A stretch of DNA of 64,000 nucleotides from the human T2T-CHM13v2.0 reference genome, Homo sapiens, in contig CP086569.2 in assembly GCA_009914755.4 (NCBI GenBank), forward strand, positions 31,488,001 to 31,552,000, read 5' to 3'. This document shows, piece after piece, positions 41,265 through 55,495 of this stretch. The first letter of the stretch is position 1; the number at the start of each line of letters is the position of its first letter. The translations under genes were made by a program, and so were the position numbers. A model generated the notes under the pieces. The model saw nothing but the letters and a program-made list of their open reading frames with translations, made no database searches and was not told the DNA's origin.

Positions 41265-44200
41265 GAATGGATTCGAATGGAAGGCAAAGGAATGGAATCT
41301 ATTGGAATGGACTGTAATGGAATGGAATGGAAGGGATTGGAATGGACTCGAATGGAATGGACTGCAATAGAAAGGATTCGAATGGAATGAAAAAGAATTG
41401 AATGGAATAGAACAGAATGGAATCAAATCGAATGAAATGGAATGGAATAGAAAGGAATGGAATGAAATGGAATGGAAAGGATTCGAATGGAATGCAATCG
41501 AATGGAATGGAATCGAACGGAATGGAATAAAATGGAAGAAAACTGGCAAGAAATGGAATCGAAATGAATGGAGTGTTATGGAACGGACTCAAAAGGAATT
41601 GAATGTAATAGAATGGAGTGCAGTGGATTCGAATATAATGGACTGGAATGGAATGAAATCACATGGAATGGGAACGAATGGAATGGAATGGAAAGGAATG
41701 GAATCGAATGGAAAGGAATCGAATGGAAGGGAATGAAATTGAATCAACAGGAATGGAAGGGAATAGAATAGACGGTAATGGAATGGACTCGAATAGAATG
41801 GACACGAATGCTCAAATTGAATGGACTCGAGTGGAATGGAAACGAAAGGAATGTCATCGAATGGAATTGAATCGATTGGAATGAAATCGCATAGAATGGA
41901 GTGGAATCAAATGGAATTGAATCGAAAGGAAAGGAAGCGAATGGACTGAAATGAAATGGAATGGAATTGAATGGAAAGTAATGCAATGGAATAGAATGGA
42001 ACGAAATTTCACGGAATGGAATCAAACTGAATGGAATCAAATCAATGGAATCAAATCAAATGGAATGGAAAGGAATTGAATGGAGTAGATTGGATTGGAT
42101 GGGATTGGAATGAAATGTACTGGAAAGGACTCGAATTTCATGAAACGGAATGGAATGAATTGGAACGGAATGGACTCGAATGGAATGGAATGTCATGGAA
42201 TGGCATCAAATGGAATGGCATCAAATGGAATGGAATCGAATGCAATGGAATGCTATGGAATGGAATGGAATGCATTGGAATGGAATGTCCTCTAATGGAA
42301 TGGATTCGAGTGGAATGGAATCGAATATAATGGAGTCGAATGAAATGGAATTGAAAGGAATGGGATCGAATACAATGGAATATACTGGAATGTAATGTAA
42401 TGAACTCGAATGTAATTGACTGGAATGGAATGTACATGAATGGAATGTAATCGAATGGAAAGTAATCCAATGGAATAGAATCTAATGCAATAAAATCGAC
42501 TCAGATAGAGTAGAATGTAATGGAATGGAGTGCAGTGCAATGGAATGGAATGGAATGGAATGGAATGGAATGGAATGGGATGGGTTGGAATGGTATGGAA
42601 TGGATAGTAATGGACTGGAGTGAAATGGACTGGAAAGGAATGGACTCAAATTGAAAGGGCTCGAAAGGAATGGAGTCAAATGGAATGGTCTGGAATGGAA
42701 TGAACACGAATGTAATGCAATCCAATAGAATGGAATCGAATGGCATGGAATATAAAGAAATGGAATCGAAGAGAATGGAAACAAATGGAATGGAATTGAA
42801 TGGAATGGAATTGAATGGAATGGGAACGAATGGAGTGAAATTTTATGCAGTAGAAAGGAATAGAATGGAATGCAAGCGAAAGGAAAGGAATGGATTGGAA
42901 TGGAATGGAATTCATTGGAATGGAAGGGAATGTAGTGTAATGGACAGGCCTGGAATAAAGTGGAATGCTACGGTCTCGAATGGAATAAAAATGTATGGAA
43001 TGGAATGCAATGAAACGGAATCGAATGTCATAGAATGTAATGGAATGCAAAAAAATGGAATCCAAAATCATTGACTGGAAAGGCTGGGTGTCGAAAGGAA
43101 TTGACTCCAATGGAATGGAATCGAATGGAATGGAAGTGAATAGAATCGAACTAAATCGAATGGAATGGAATTGATAGGAACGGAATGGAAAGGAATGCAA
43201 TGATTTGGCATGGAATGGAATCGAATGGCATCGAATGGAATGGAATGGAATGCAATGGAATGGAATGTATTAGAATGTAATGAACTTTAATGGAATGTAC
43301 TCGAATGGATTCGACTGGAATGGAATGTTCCGGAAGTGAATGGACTCCAATGGAATGGATTCAAAAGGAATGGAATCGTACGGAATGGAATCTAATGGAA
43401 TGGAATTAAATGGAAATGAATCAAATTGAATAGCACGGAATTGAATTGAATGGAATGGAATGCAATGGAATCTAATGAAACGGAAAGGAAAGGAATGGAA
43501 TGGAACGGAATGGGCTGGAATGGAAAGGAATCGAAACGAATGGAATGGAATCGAACTGAAGAGACTGGAATGGAATGCACTGGAATGGAAGGGAGTGTAA
43601 TGGAAGGTTCTCGAAAAAAATGGAATCGAATGGAATGGAATTGAATGGAACGGAATAGAGTCGAATGGAATTGAATGGAATGGAATGGACTAGAGTGAAA
43701 TGGAATCGAACCACAAGGAATGGACAGGAATAGAATTGTCTCGAATTGAATGGAATCGTATGGAATGACATCAAACGGAATGGAATGGACAGCCACGGAA
43801 TGGAATGCACTCGAATGCAATGGAGTCGAAACTAATGGACTGGAATAGAATGGACTCGACTGGTACGGACTCCAATGGAATGGAATCGAATGGAAGGGAA
43901 TCGAACGGAATGGACTCGAAGGGAAAAGACTGCAATGGAAAGGTCTCGAATGGAATGGAAATTAATGGAATGGAATGGAATCGAATGAAATGGAGTCAAA
44001 AGGAATGGAATCGAATGGCAAGAAATCGAATGTAATGGAATCGCAAGGAATTGATGTGAACGGAACGGAATGGAATGGAATCCAAAGGAATGGAATAGAA
44101 TGGAATGGAATCGAATGGAAAGGACTCGAATGGAAATCACTCGAATAGAATGCAATTTAATAAAATAGGATCAAATGTAATGGAATGGAATGGAAAGGAA

Positions 44201-44793
44201 TCGAAACGAAAGGAATGGAGACAGATGGAATGGAATGGAACAGAGAGCAATGGTATAGAATGGAATGGAATCATGTGGAATGGAATTGAATGGAATGGAA
44301 TAATATGAAATGGAATGGAATGGAATGCCATTGAATTAAATGGACTGGAATGGAATGGACTCGAACAGAGTGGAATGGAAAGTGTTGAGATAGAATGGAA
44401 TGGACTCCTTTGGAATGGTGTAGTATGCAATGCAATCGACTGGCAGGGAATCAAAAGGAATGTAATGGAATGGATTGGACTGGAATGCAATGGACTCGAA
44501 TAGATTGGAAACGGAATGCAAAGGAATGGAATGGAATAGTATGGAATGGAATGGAAAGGAATGGAGTGGAATAGACTAGAGTGGAATGGAATGGACTGGA
44601 AAGCAATGGACTGGAATGGAACTTTCTTGAATGGACTGGAATCAAACGGAATGGAATGCAATGCAATCAAATGGCATGGAATAAAATAGAATGAAAGAGA
44701 ATCAAATGGAATTGAATCGAATGGAATCGAATGGATTGGAAAGGAATAGAATGGAATGGAATGGAATTGACTCAAATGGAATGGACTAGAATG
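41265..44793 (+). repeat. HOR unit U12 (3529 bp, shortest full unit)
   Basis: Anchor at 41265. First pentamer tract is short (about 6 copies, no gcaat interruption, ~42541-42575). Has the private variant tgccattg at 44326. Confidence 0.85.
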
Positions 44794-47700
44794 GAATGGA
44801 TTCGAATGGAAGGCAAAGGAATGGAATCTATTGGAATGAACTGTAATGGAATGGAATGGAAGGGATTGGAATGGACTCGAATGGAATGGACTGCAATAGA
44901 AAGGATTCGAATGGAATGAAAAAGAATTGAATGGAATAGAACAGAATGGAATCAAATCGAATGAAATGGAATGGAATAGAAAGGAATGGAATGAAATGGA
45001 ATGGAAAGGATTCGAATGGAATGCAATCGAATGGAATGGAATCGAACGGAATGGAATAAAATGGAAGAAAACTGGCAAGAAATGGAATCGAAATGAATGG
45101 AGTGTTATGGAACGGACTCAAAAGGAATTGAATGTAGTAGAATGGAGTGGAGTGGACTCGAATATAATGGACTGGAATGGAATGAAATCACATGGAATGG
45201 GAACGAATGGAATGGAATGGAAAGGAATGGAATCGAATGGAAAGGAATCGAATGGAAGGGAATGCAATTGAATCAACAGGAATGGAAGGGAATAGAATAG
45301 ACGGTAATGGAATGGACTCGAATAGAATGGACACGAATGCTCAAATTGAATGGACTCGAATGGAATGGAAACGAAAGGAATGTCATCGAATGGAATTGAA
45401 TCGATTGGAATGAAATCGCATAGAATGGAGTGGAATCAAATGGAATTGAATCGAAAGGAAAGGAAGCGAATGGACTGAAATGAAATGGAATGGAATTGAA
45501 TGGAAAGTAATGCAATGGAATAGAATGGAACGAAATTTCACGGAATGGAATCAAACTGAATGGAATCAAATCAATGGAATCAAATCAAATGGAATGGAAA
45601 GGAATTGAATGGAGTAGATTGGATTGGATGGGATTGGAATGAAATGTACTGGAAAGGACTCGAATTTCATGAAACGGAATGGAATGAATTAGAACGGAAT
45701 GGACTCGAATGGAATGGAATGTCATGGAATGGCATCAAATGGAATGGCATCAAATGGAATGGAATAGAATGCAATGGAATGCTAAGGAATGGAATGGAAT
45801 GCATTGGAATGGAATGTCCTCTAATGGAATGGATTCGAGTGGAATGGAATCGAATATAATGGAGTCGAATGAAATGGAATTGGAAGGAATGGGATCGAAT
45901 ACAATGGAATATACTGGAATGTAATGTAATGAACTCGAATGTAATTGACTGGAATGGAATGTACATGAATGGAATGTAATCGAATGGAAAGTAATCCAAT
46001 GGAATAGAATCTAATGCAATAAAATCGACTCAGATAGAGTAGAATGTAATGGAATGGAGTGCAGTGCAATGGAATGGAATGGAATGGAATGCAATGGAAT
46101 GGAATGGAATGGAATGGAATGGAATGGAATGGGATGGAATGGTATGGAATGGACAGTAATGGACTGGAGTGAAATGGACTGGAAAGGAATGGACTCAAAT
46201 TGAAAGGGCTCGAAAGGAATAGAGACAAATGGAATGGTCTGGAATGGAATGAACACGAATGTAATGCAATCCAATAGAATGGAATCGAATGGCATGGAAT
46301 ATAAAGAAATGTAATCGAAGAGAATGGAAACAAATGGAATGGAATTGAATGGAATGGAATTGAATGGAATGGGAACGAATGGAGTGAAATTGTATGCAGT
46401 AGAAGAGAATAGAATGGAATGCAAGCGAAAGGAAAGGAATGGATTGGAATGGAATGGAATTCATTGGAATGGAAGGGAATGTAGTGTAATGGACAGGCCT
46501 GGAATAAAGTGGAATGCTACGGTCTCGAATGGAATAAAAATGTATGGAATGGAATGCAATGAAACGGAATCCAATGTCATAGAATGTAATGGAATGCAAA
46601 AAAATGGAATCCAAAATCATTGACTGGAAAGGCTGGGTGTCGAAAGGAATTGACTCCAATGGAATGGAATCGAATGGAATGGAAGTGAATAGAATCGAAC
46701 TAAATCGAATGGAATGGAATTGATAGGAACGGAATGGAAAGGAATGCAATGATTTGGCATGGAATGGAATCGAATGGCATCGAATGGAATGGAATGGAAT
46801 GCAATGGAATGGAATGTATTAGAATGTAATGAACTTTAATGGAATGTACTCGAATGGATTCGACTGGAATGGAATGTTCTGGAAGTGAATGGACTCCAAT
46901 GGAATGGATTCAAAAGGAATGGAATCGTACGGAATGGAATCCAATGGGATGGAATTAAATGGAAATGAATCAAATTGAATAGCACGGAATTGAATTGAAT
47001 GGAATGGAATGCAATGGAATCTAATGAAACGGAAAGGAAAGGAATGGAATGGAATGGAATGGGCTGGAATGGAAAGGAATCGAAACGAATGGAATGGAAT
47101 CGAACTGAAGAGACTGGAATGGAATGCACTGGAATGGAAGGGAGTGTAATGGAAGGTTCTCGAAAAAAATGGAATCGAATGGAATGGAATTGAATGGAAC
47201 GGAATAGAGTCGAATGGAATTGAATGGAATGGAATGGACTAGAGTGAAATGGAATCGAACCACAAGGAATGGACAGGAATAGAATGGTCTCGAATTGAAT
47301 GGGATCGTATGGAATGGCATCAAACGGAATGGAATGGACAGCCACGGAATGGAATGCACTCGAATGCAATGGAGTCGAAACTAATGGACTGGAATAGAAT
47401 GGACTCGACTGGTACGGACTCCAATGGAATGGAATCGAATGGAAGGGAATCGAACGGAATGGACTCGAAGGGAAAAGACTGCAATGGAAAGGTCTCGAAT
47501 GGAATGGAAATTAATGGAATGGAATGGAATGGAATGAAATGGAGTCAAAAGGAATGGAATCGAATGGCAAGAAATCGAATGTAATGGAATCGCAAGGAAT
47601 TGATGTGAACGGAACGGAATGGAATGGAATCCAAAGGAATGGAATAGAATGGAATGGAATCGAATGGAAAGGACTCGAATGGAAATCACTGGAATAGAAT

Positions 47701-48352
47701 GCAATTTAATAAAATAGGATCAAATGTAATGGAATGGAATGGAAAGGAATCGAAACGAAAGGAATGGAGACAGATGGAATGGAATGGAACAGAGAGCAAT
47801 GGTATAGAATGGAATGGAATCATCTGGAATGGAATTGAATGGAATGGAATAATATGAAATGGAATGGAATGGAATGGAATGGAATGCCCTTGAATTAAAT
47901 GGACTGGAATGGAATGGACTCGAACAGAGTGGAATGGAAAGTGTTGAGATAGAATGGAATGGACTCCTTTGGAATGGTCTAGTATGCAATGCAATCGACT
48001 GGCAGGGAATCAAAAGGAATGTAATCGAATGGATTGGACTGGAATGCAATGGACTCGAATAGATTGCAAACGGGATGCAAAGGAATGGAATGGAATAGTA
48101 TGGAATGGAATGGAAAGGAATGGAGTGGAATAGACTAGAGTGGAATGGAATGGACTGGAAAGCAATGGACTGGAATGGAACTTTCTTGAATGGACTGGAA
48201 TCAAACGGAATGGAATGCAATGCAATCAAATGGCATGGAATAAAATAGAATGAAAGAGAATCAAATGAAATTGAATCGAATGGAATCGAATGGATTGGAA
48301 AGGAATAGAATGGAATGGAATGGAATGGACTCAAATGGAATGGACTAGAATG
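44794..48352 (+). repeat. HOR unit U13 (3559 bp), A' allele (T>G) at 3' end
   Basis: Anchor at 44794. Reads ggaatggactcaaatgg instead of ggaattgactcaaatgg at ~48322. Confidence 0.85.
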
Positions 48353-51300
48353 GAATGGATTCGAATGGAAGGCAAAGGAATGGAATCTATTGGAATGGAC
48401 TGTAATGGAATGGAATGGAAGGGATTGGAATGGACTCGAATGGAATGGACTGCAATAGAAAGGATTCGAATGGAATGAAAAAGAATTGAATGGAATAGAA
48501 CAGAATGGAATCAAATCGAATGAAATGGAATGGAATAGAAAGGAATGGAATGAAATGGAATGGAAAGGATTCGAATGGAATGCAATCGAATGGAATGGAA
48601 TCGAACGGAATGGAATAAAATGGAAGAAAACTGGCAAGAAATGGAATCGAAATGAATGGAGTGTTATGGAACGGACTCAAAAGGAATTGAATGTAATAGA
48701 ATGGAGTGGAGTGGACTCGAATATAATGGACTGGAATGGAATGAAATCACATGGAATGGGAACGAATGGAATGGAATGGAAAGGAATGGAATCGAATGGA
48801 AAGGAATCGAATGGAAGGGAATGAAATTGAATCAACAGGAATGGAAGGGAATAGAATAGACGGTAATGGAATGGACTCGAATAGAATGGACACGAATGCT
48901 CAAATTGAATGGACTCGAATGGAATGGAAACGAAAGGAATGTCATCGAATGGAATTGAATCGATTGGAATGAAATCGCATAGAATGGAGTGGAATCAAAT
49001 GGAATTGAATCGAAAGGAAAGGAAGCGAATGGACTGAAATGAAATGGAATGGAATTGAATGGAAAGTAATGCAATGGAATAGAATGGAACGAAATTTCAC
49101 GGAATGGAATCAAACTGAATGGAATCAAATCAATGGAATCAAATCAAATGGAATGGAAAGGAATTGAATGGAGTAGATGGGATTGGATGGGATTGGAATG
49201 AAATGTACTGGAAAGGACTCGAATTTCATGAAACGGAATGGAATGAATTGGAACGGAATGGACTCGAATGGAATGGAATGTCATGGAATGGCATCAAATG
49301 GAATGGCATCAAATGGAATGGAATCGAATGCAATGGAATGCTATGGAATGGAATGGAATGCATTGGAATGGAATGTCCTCTAATGGAATGGATTCGAGTG
49401 GAATGGAATCGAATATAATGGAGTCGAATGAAATGGAATTGAAAGGAATGGGATAGAATACAATGGAATATAATGGAATGTAATGTAATGAACTGGAATG
49501 TAATTCACTGGAATGGAATGTACATGAATGGAATGTAATCGAATGGAAAGTAATCCAATGGAATAGAATCTAATGCAATAAAATCGACTCAGATAGAGTA
49601 GCATGTAATGGAATGGAGTGCAGTGCAATGGAATGGAATGGAATGGAATGCAATGGAATGGAATGGAATGGAATGGAATGGAATGGAATGGAATGGAATG
49701 GGATGGAATGGTATGGAATGGATAGTAATGGACTGGAGTGAAATGGACTGGAAAGGAATGGACTCAAATTGAAAGGGCTCGAAAGGAATGGAGTCAAATG
49801 GAATGGTCTGGAATGGAATGAACACGAATGTAATGCAATCCAATAGAATGGAATCGAATGGCATGGAATATAAAGAAATGGAATCGGAGAGAATGGAAAC
49901 AAATGGAATGGAATTGAATGGAATGGAATTGAATGGAATGGGAACGAATGGAGTGAAATTGTATGCAGTAGAAGGGAATAGAATGGAATGCAAGCAAAAG
50001 GAAAGGAATGGATTGGAATGGAATGGAATTCATTGGAATGGAAGGGAATGTAGTGTAATGGACAGGCCTGGAATAAAGTGGAATGCTACGGTCTCGAATG
50101 GAATAAAAATGTATGGAATGGAATGCAATGAAATGGAATCGAATGTCATAGAATGTAATGGAATGCAACAAAATAGAATCCAATATCATTGACTGGAAAG
50201 GCTGGGTGTCGAAAGGAATTGACTCCAATGGAATGGAATCGAATGGAATGGAAGTGAATAGAATCGAACTAAATCGAATGGAATGGAATTGATAGGAATG
50301 GAATGGAAAGGAATGCAATGATTTGGCATGGAATGGAATCGAATGGCATCAAATGGAATGGAATGGAATGCAATGGAATGGAATGTATTAGAATGGAATG
50401 AACTTTAATGGAATGTACTCGAATGGATTCGACTGGAATGGAATGTTCTGGAAGTGAATGGACTCCAATGGAATGGATTCAAAAGGGATGGAATCGTACG
50501 GAATGGAATCTAATGGAATGGAATTAAATGGAAATGAATCAAATTGAATAGCACGGAATTGAATTGAATGGAATGGAATGCAATGGAATCTAATGAAACG
50601 GAAAGGAAAGGAATGGAATGGAATGGAATGGGCTGGAATGGAAAGGAATCGAAACGAATGGAATGGAATCGAACTGAAGAGACTGGAATGGAATGCACTG
50701 GAATGGAAGGGAGTGTAATGGAAGGTTCTCGAAAAAAATGGAATCGAATGGAATGGAATTGAATGGAACGGAATAGAGTCGAATGGAATTGAATGGAATG
50801 GAATGGACTAGAGTGAAATGGAATCGAACCACAAGGAATGGACAGGAATAGAATGGTCTCGAATTGAATGGGATCGTATGGAATGGCATCAAACGGAATG
50901 GAATGGACAGCCACGGAATGGAATGCACTCGAATGCAATGGAGTCGAAACTAATGGACTGGAATAGAATGGACTCGACTGGTACGGACTCCAATGGAATG
51001 GAATCGAATGGAAGGGAATCGAACGGAATGGACTCGAAGGGAAAAGACTGCAATGGAAAGGTCTCGAATGGAATGGAAATTAATGGAATGGAATGGAATG
51101 GAATGAAATGGAGTCAAAAGGAATGGAATCGAATGGCAAGAAATCGAATGTAATGGAATCGCAAGGAATTGATGTGAACGGAACGGAATGGAATGGAATC
51201 CAAAGGAATGGAATAGAATGGAATGGAATCGAATGGAAAGGACTCGAATGGAAATCACTGGAATAGAATGCAATTTAATAAAATAGGATCAAATGTAATG

Positions 51301-51921
51301 GAATGGAATGGAAAGGAATCGAAACGAAAGGAATGGAGACAGATGGAATGGAATGGAACAGAGAGCAATGGTATAGAATGGAATGGAATCATCTGGAATG
51401 GAATTGAATGGAATGGAATAATATGAAATGGAATGGAATGGAATGGAATGGAATGCCCTTGAATTAAATGGACTGGAATGGAATGGACTCGAACAGAGTG
51501 GAATGGAAAGTGTTGAGATAGAATGGAATGGACTCCTTTGGAATGGTCTAGTATGCAATGCAATCGACTGGCAGGGAATCAAAAGGAATGTAATCGAATG
51601 GATTGGACTGGAATGCAATGGACTCGAATAGATTGCAAACGGGATGCAAAGGAATGGAATGGAATAGTATGGAATGGAATGGAAAGGAATGGAGTGGAAT
51701 AGACTAGAGTGGAATGGAATGGACTGGAAAGCAATGGACTGGAATGGAACTTTCTTGAATGGACTGGAATCAAACGGAATGGAATGCAATGCAATCAAAT
51801 GGCATGGAATAAAATAGAATGAAAGAGAATCAAATGAAATTGAATCGAATGGAATCGAATGGATTGGAAAGGAATAGAATGGAATGGAATGGAATGGACT
51901 CAAATGGAATGGACTAGAATG
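48353..51921 (+). repeat. HOR unit U14 (3569 bp), A' allele
   Basis: Anchor at 48353. Near-identical to U15 when compared in register (3569-bp shift). Confidence 0.85.
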
Positions 51922-54900
51922 GAATGGATTCGAATGGAAGGCAAAGGAATGGAATCTATTGGAATGGACTGTAATGGAATGGAATGGAAGGGATTGGAAT
52001 GGACTCGAATGGAATGGACTGCAATAGAAAGGATTCGAATGGAATGAAAAAGAATTGAATGGAATAGAACAGAATGGAATCAAATCGAATGAAATGGAAT
52101 GGAATAGAAAGGAATGGAATGAAATGGAATGGAAAGGATTCGAATGGAATGCAATCGAATGGAATGGAATCGAACGGAATGGAATAAAATGGAAGAAAAC
52201 TGGCAAGAAATGGAATCGAAATGAATGGAGTGTTATGGAACGGACTCAAAAGGAATTGAATGTAATAGAATGGAGTGGAGTGGACTCGAATATAATGGAC
52301 TGGAATGGAATGAAATCACATGGAATGGGAACGAATGGAATGGAATGGAAAGGAATGGAATCGAATGGAAAGGAATCGAATGGAAGGGAATGAAATTGAA
52401 TCAACAGGAATGGAAGGGAATAGAATAGACGGTAATGGAATGGACTCGAATAGAATGGACACGAATGCTCAAATTGAATGGACTCGAATGGAATGGAAAC
52501 GAAAGGAATGTCATCGAATGGAATTGAATCGATTGGAATGAAATCGCATAGAATGGAGTGGAATCAAATGGAATTGAATCGAAAGGAAAGGAAGCGAATG
52601 GACTGAAATGAAATGGAATGGAATTGAATGGAAAGTAAAGCAATGGAATAGAATGGAACGAAATTTCACGGAATGGAATCAAACTGAATGGAATCAAATC
52701 AATGGAATCTAATCAAATGGAATGGAAAGGAATTGAATGGAGTAGATGGGATTGGATGGGATTGGAATGAAATGTACTGGAAAGGACTCGAATTTCATGA
52801 AACGGAATGGAATGAATTGGAACGGAATGGACTCGAATGGAATGGAATGTCATGGAATGGCATCAAATGGAATGGCATCAAATGGAATGGAATCGAATGC
52901 AATGGAATGCTATGGAATGGAATGGAATGCATTGGAATGGAATGTCCTCTAATGGAATGGATTCGAGTGGAATGGAATCGAATATAATGGAGTCGAATGA
53001 AATGGAATTGAAAGGAATGGGATAGAATACAATGGAATATAATGGAATGTAATGTAATGAACTGGAATGTAATTCACTGGAATGGAATGTACATGAATGG
53101 AATGTAATCGAATGGAAAGTAATCCAATGGAATAGAATCTAATGCAATAAAATCGACTCAGATAGAGTAGCATGTAATGGAATGGAGTGCAGTGCAATGG
53201 AATGGAATGGAATGGAATGCAATGGAATGGAATGGAATGGAATGGAATGGAATGGAATGGAATGGAATGGAATGGGATGGAATGGTATGGAATGGATAGT
53301 AATGGACTGGAGTGAAATGGACTGGAAAGGAATGGACTCAAATTGAAAGGGCTCGAAAGGAATGGAGTCAAATGGAATGGTCTGGAATGGAATGAACACG
53401 AATGTAATGCAATCCAATAGAATGGAATCGAATGGCATGGAATATAAAGAAATGGAATCGGAGAGAATGGAAACAAATGGAATGGAATTGAATGGAATGG
53501 AATTGAATGGAATGGGAACGAATGGAGTGAAATTGTATGCAGTAGAAGGGAATAGAATGGAATGCAAGCAAAAGGAAAGGAATGGATTGGAATGGAATGG
53601 AATTCATTGGAATGGAAGGGAATGTAGTGTAATGGACAGGCCTGGAATAAAGTGGAATGCTACGGTCTCGAATGGAATAAAAATGTATGGAATGGAATGC
53701 AATGAAATGGAATCGAATGTCATAGAATGTAATGGAATGCAACAAAATAGAATCCAATATCATTGACTGGAAAGGCTGGGTGTCGAAAGGAATTGACTCC
53801 AATGGAATGGAATCGAATGGAATGGAAGTGAATAGAATCGAACTAAATCGAATGGAATGGAATTGATAGGAATGGAATGGAAAGGAATGCAATGATTTGG
53901 CATGGAATGGAATCGAATGGCATCAAATGGAATGGAATGGAATGCAATGGAATGGAATGTATTAGAATGGAATGAACTTTAATGGAATGTACTCGAATGG
54001 ATTCGACTGGAATGGAATGTTCTGGAAGTGAATGGACTCCAATGGAATGGATTCAAAAGGGATGGAATCGTACGGAATGGAATCTAATGGAATGGAATTA
54101 AATGGAAATGAATCAAATTGAATAGCACGGAATTGAATTGAATGGAATGGAATGCAATGGAATCTAATGAAACGGAAAGGAAAGGAATGGAATGGAATGG
54201 AATGGGCTGGAATGGAAAGGAATCGAAACGAATGGAATGGAATCGAACTGAAGAGACTGGAATGGAATGCACTGGAATGGAAGGGAGTGTAATGGAAGGT
54301 TCTCGAAAAAAATGGAATCGAATGGAATGGAATTGAATGGAACGGAATAGAGTCGAATGGAATTGAATGGAATGGAATGGACTAGAGTGAAATGGAATCG
54401 AACCACAAGGAATGGACAGGAATAGAATGGTCTCGAATTGAATGGAATCGTATGGAATGGCATCAAACGGAATGGAATGGACAGCCACGGAATGGAATGC
54501 ACTCGAATGCAATGGAGTCGAAACTAATGGACTGGAATAGAATGGACTCGACTGGTACGGACTCCAATGGAATGGAATCGAATGGAAGGGAATCGAACGG
54601 AATGGACTCGAAGGGAAAAGACTGCAATGGAAAGGTCTCGAATGGAATGGAAATTAATGGAATCGAATGGAATCGAATGAAATGGAGTCAAAAGGAATGG
54701 AATCGAATGGCAAGAAATCGAATGTAATGGAATCGCAAGGAATTGATGTGAACGGAACGGAATGGAATGGAATCCAAAGGAATGGAATAGAATGGAATGG
54801 AATCGAATGGAAAGGACTCGAATGGCAATCACTCGAATAGAATGCAATTTAATAAAATAGGATCAAATGTAATGGAATGGAATGGAAAGGAATCGAAACG

Positions 54901-55495
54901 AAAGGAATGGAGACAGATGGAATGGAATGGAACAGAGAGCAATGGTATAGAATTGAATGGAATCATCTGGAATGGAATTGAATGGAATGGAATAATATGA
55001 AATGGAATGGAATGGAATGGAATGGAATGCCCTTGAATTAAATGGACTGGAATGGAATGGACTCGAACAGAGTGGAATGGAAAGTGTTGAGATAGAATGG
55101 AATGGACTCCTTTGGAATGGTCTAGTATGCAATGCAATCGACTGGCAGGGAATCAAAAGGAATGTAATCGAATGGACTGGACTGGAATGCAATGGACTCG
55201 AATAGATTGGAAACGGGATGCAAAGGAATGGAATGGAATAGTATGGAATGGAATGGAAAGGAATGGCGTGGAATAGACTAGAGTGGAATGGAATGGACTG
55301 GAAAGCAATGGACTGGAATGGAACTTTCTTGAATGGACTGGAATCAAACGGAATGGAATGCAATGCAATCAAATGGCATGGAATAAAATAGAATGAAAGA
55401 GAATCAAATGGAATTGAATCGAATGGAATCGAATGGATTGGAAAGGAATAGAATGGAATGGAATGGAATGGACTCAAATGGAATGGACTAGAATG
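51922..55495 (+). repeat. HOR unit U15 (3574 bp), A' allele
   Basis: Anchor at 51922. Differs from U14 mainly by one GGAAT copy in the first tract. Confidence 0.85.

Noticed and set aside
55207-55218. CENP-B-box-like half site ttggaaacggga (also attgcaaacggga at 48063 and 51632) created by an A>G change in U13-U15
   Set aside because: It matches the CGGG half of the 17-bp CENP-B box but lacks the essential TTCG. It is present only in the few units with the cggg variant. The locus type (Yq12 heterochromatin) is not centromeric, so this is most likely a coincidence.
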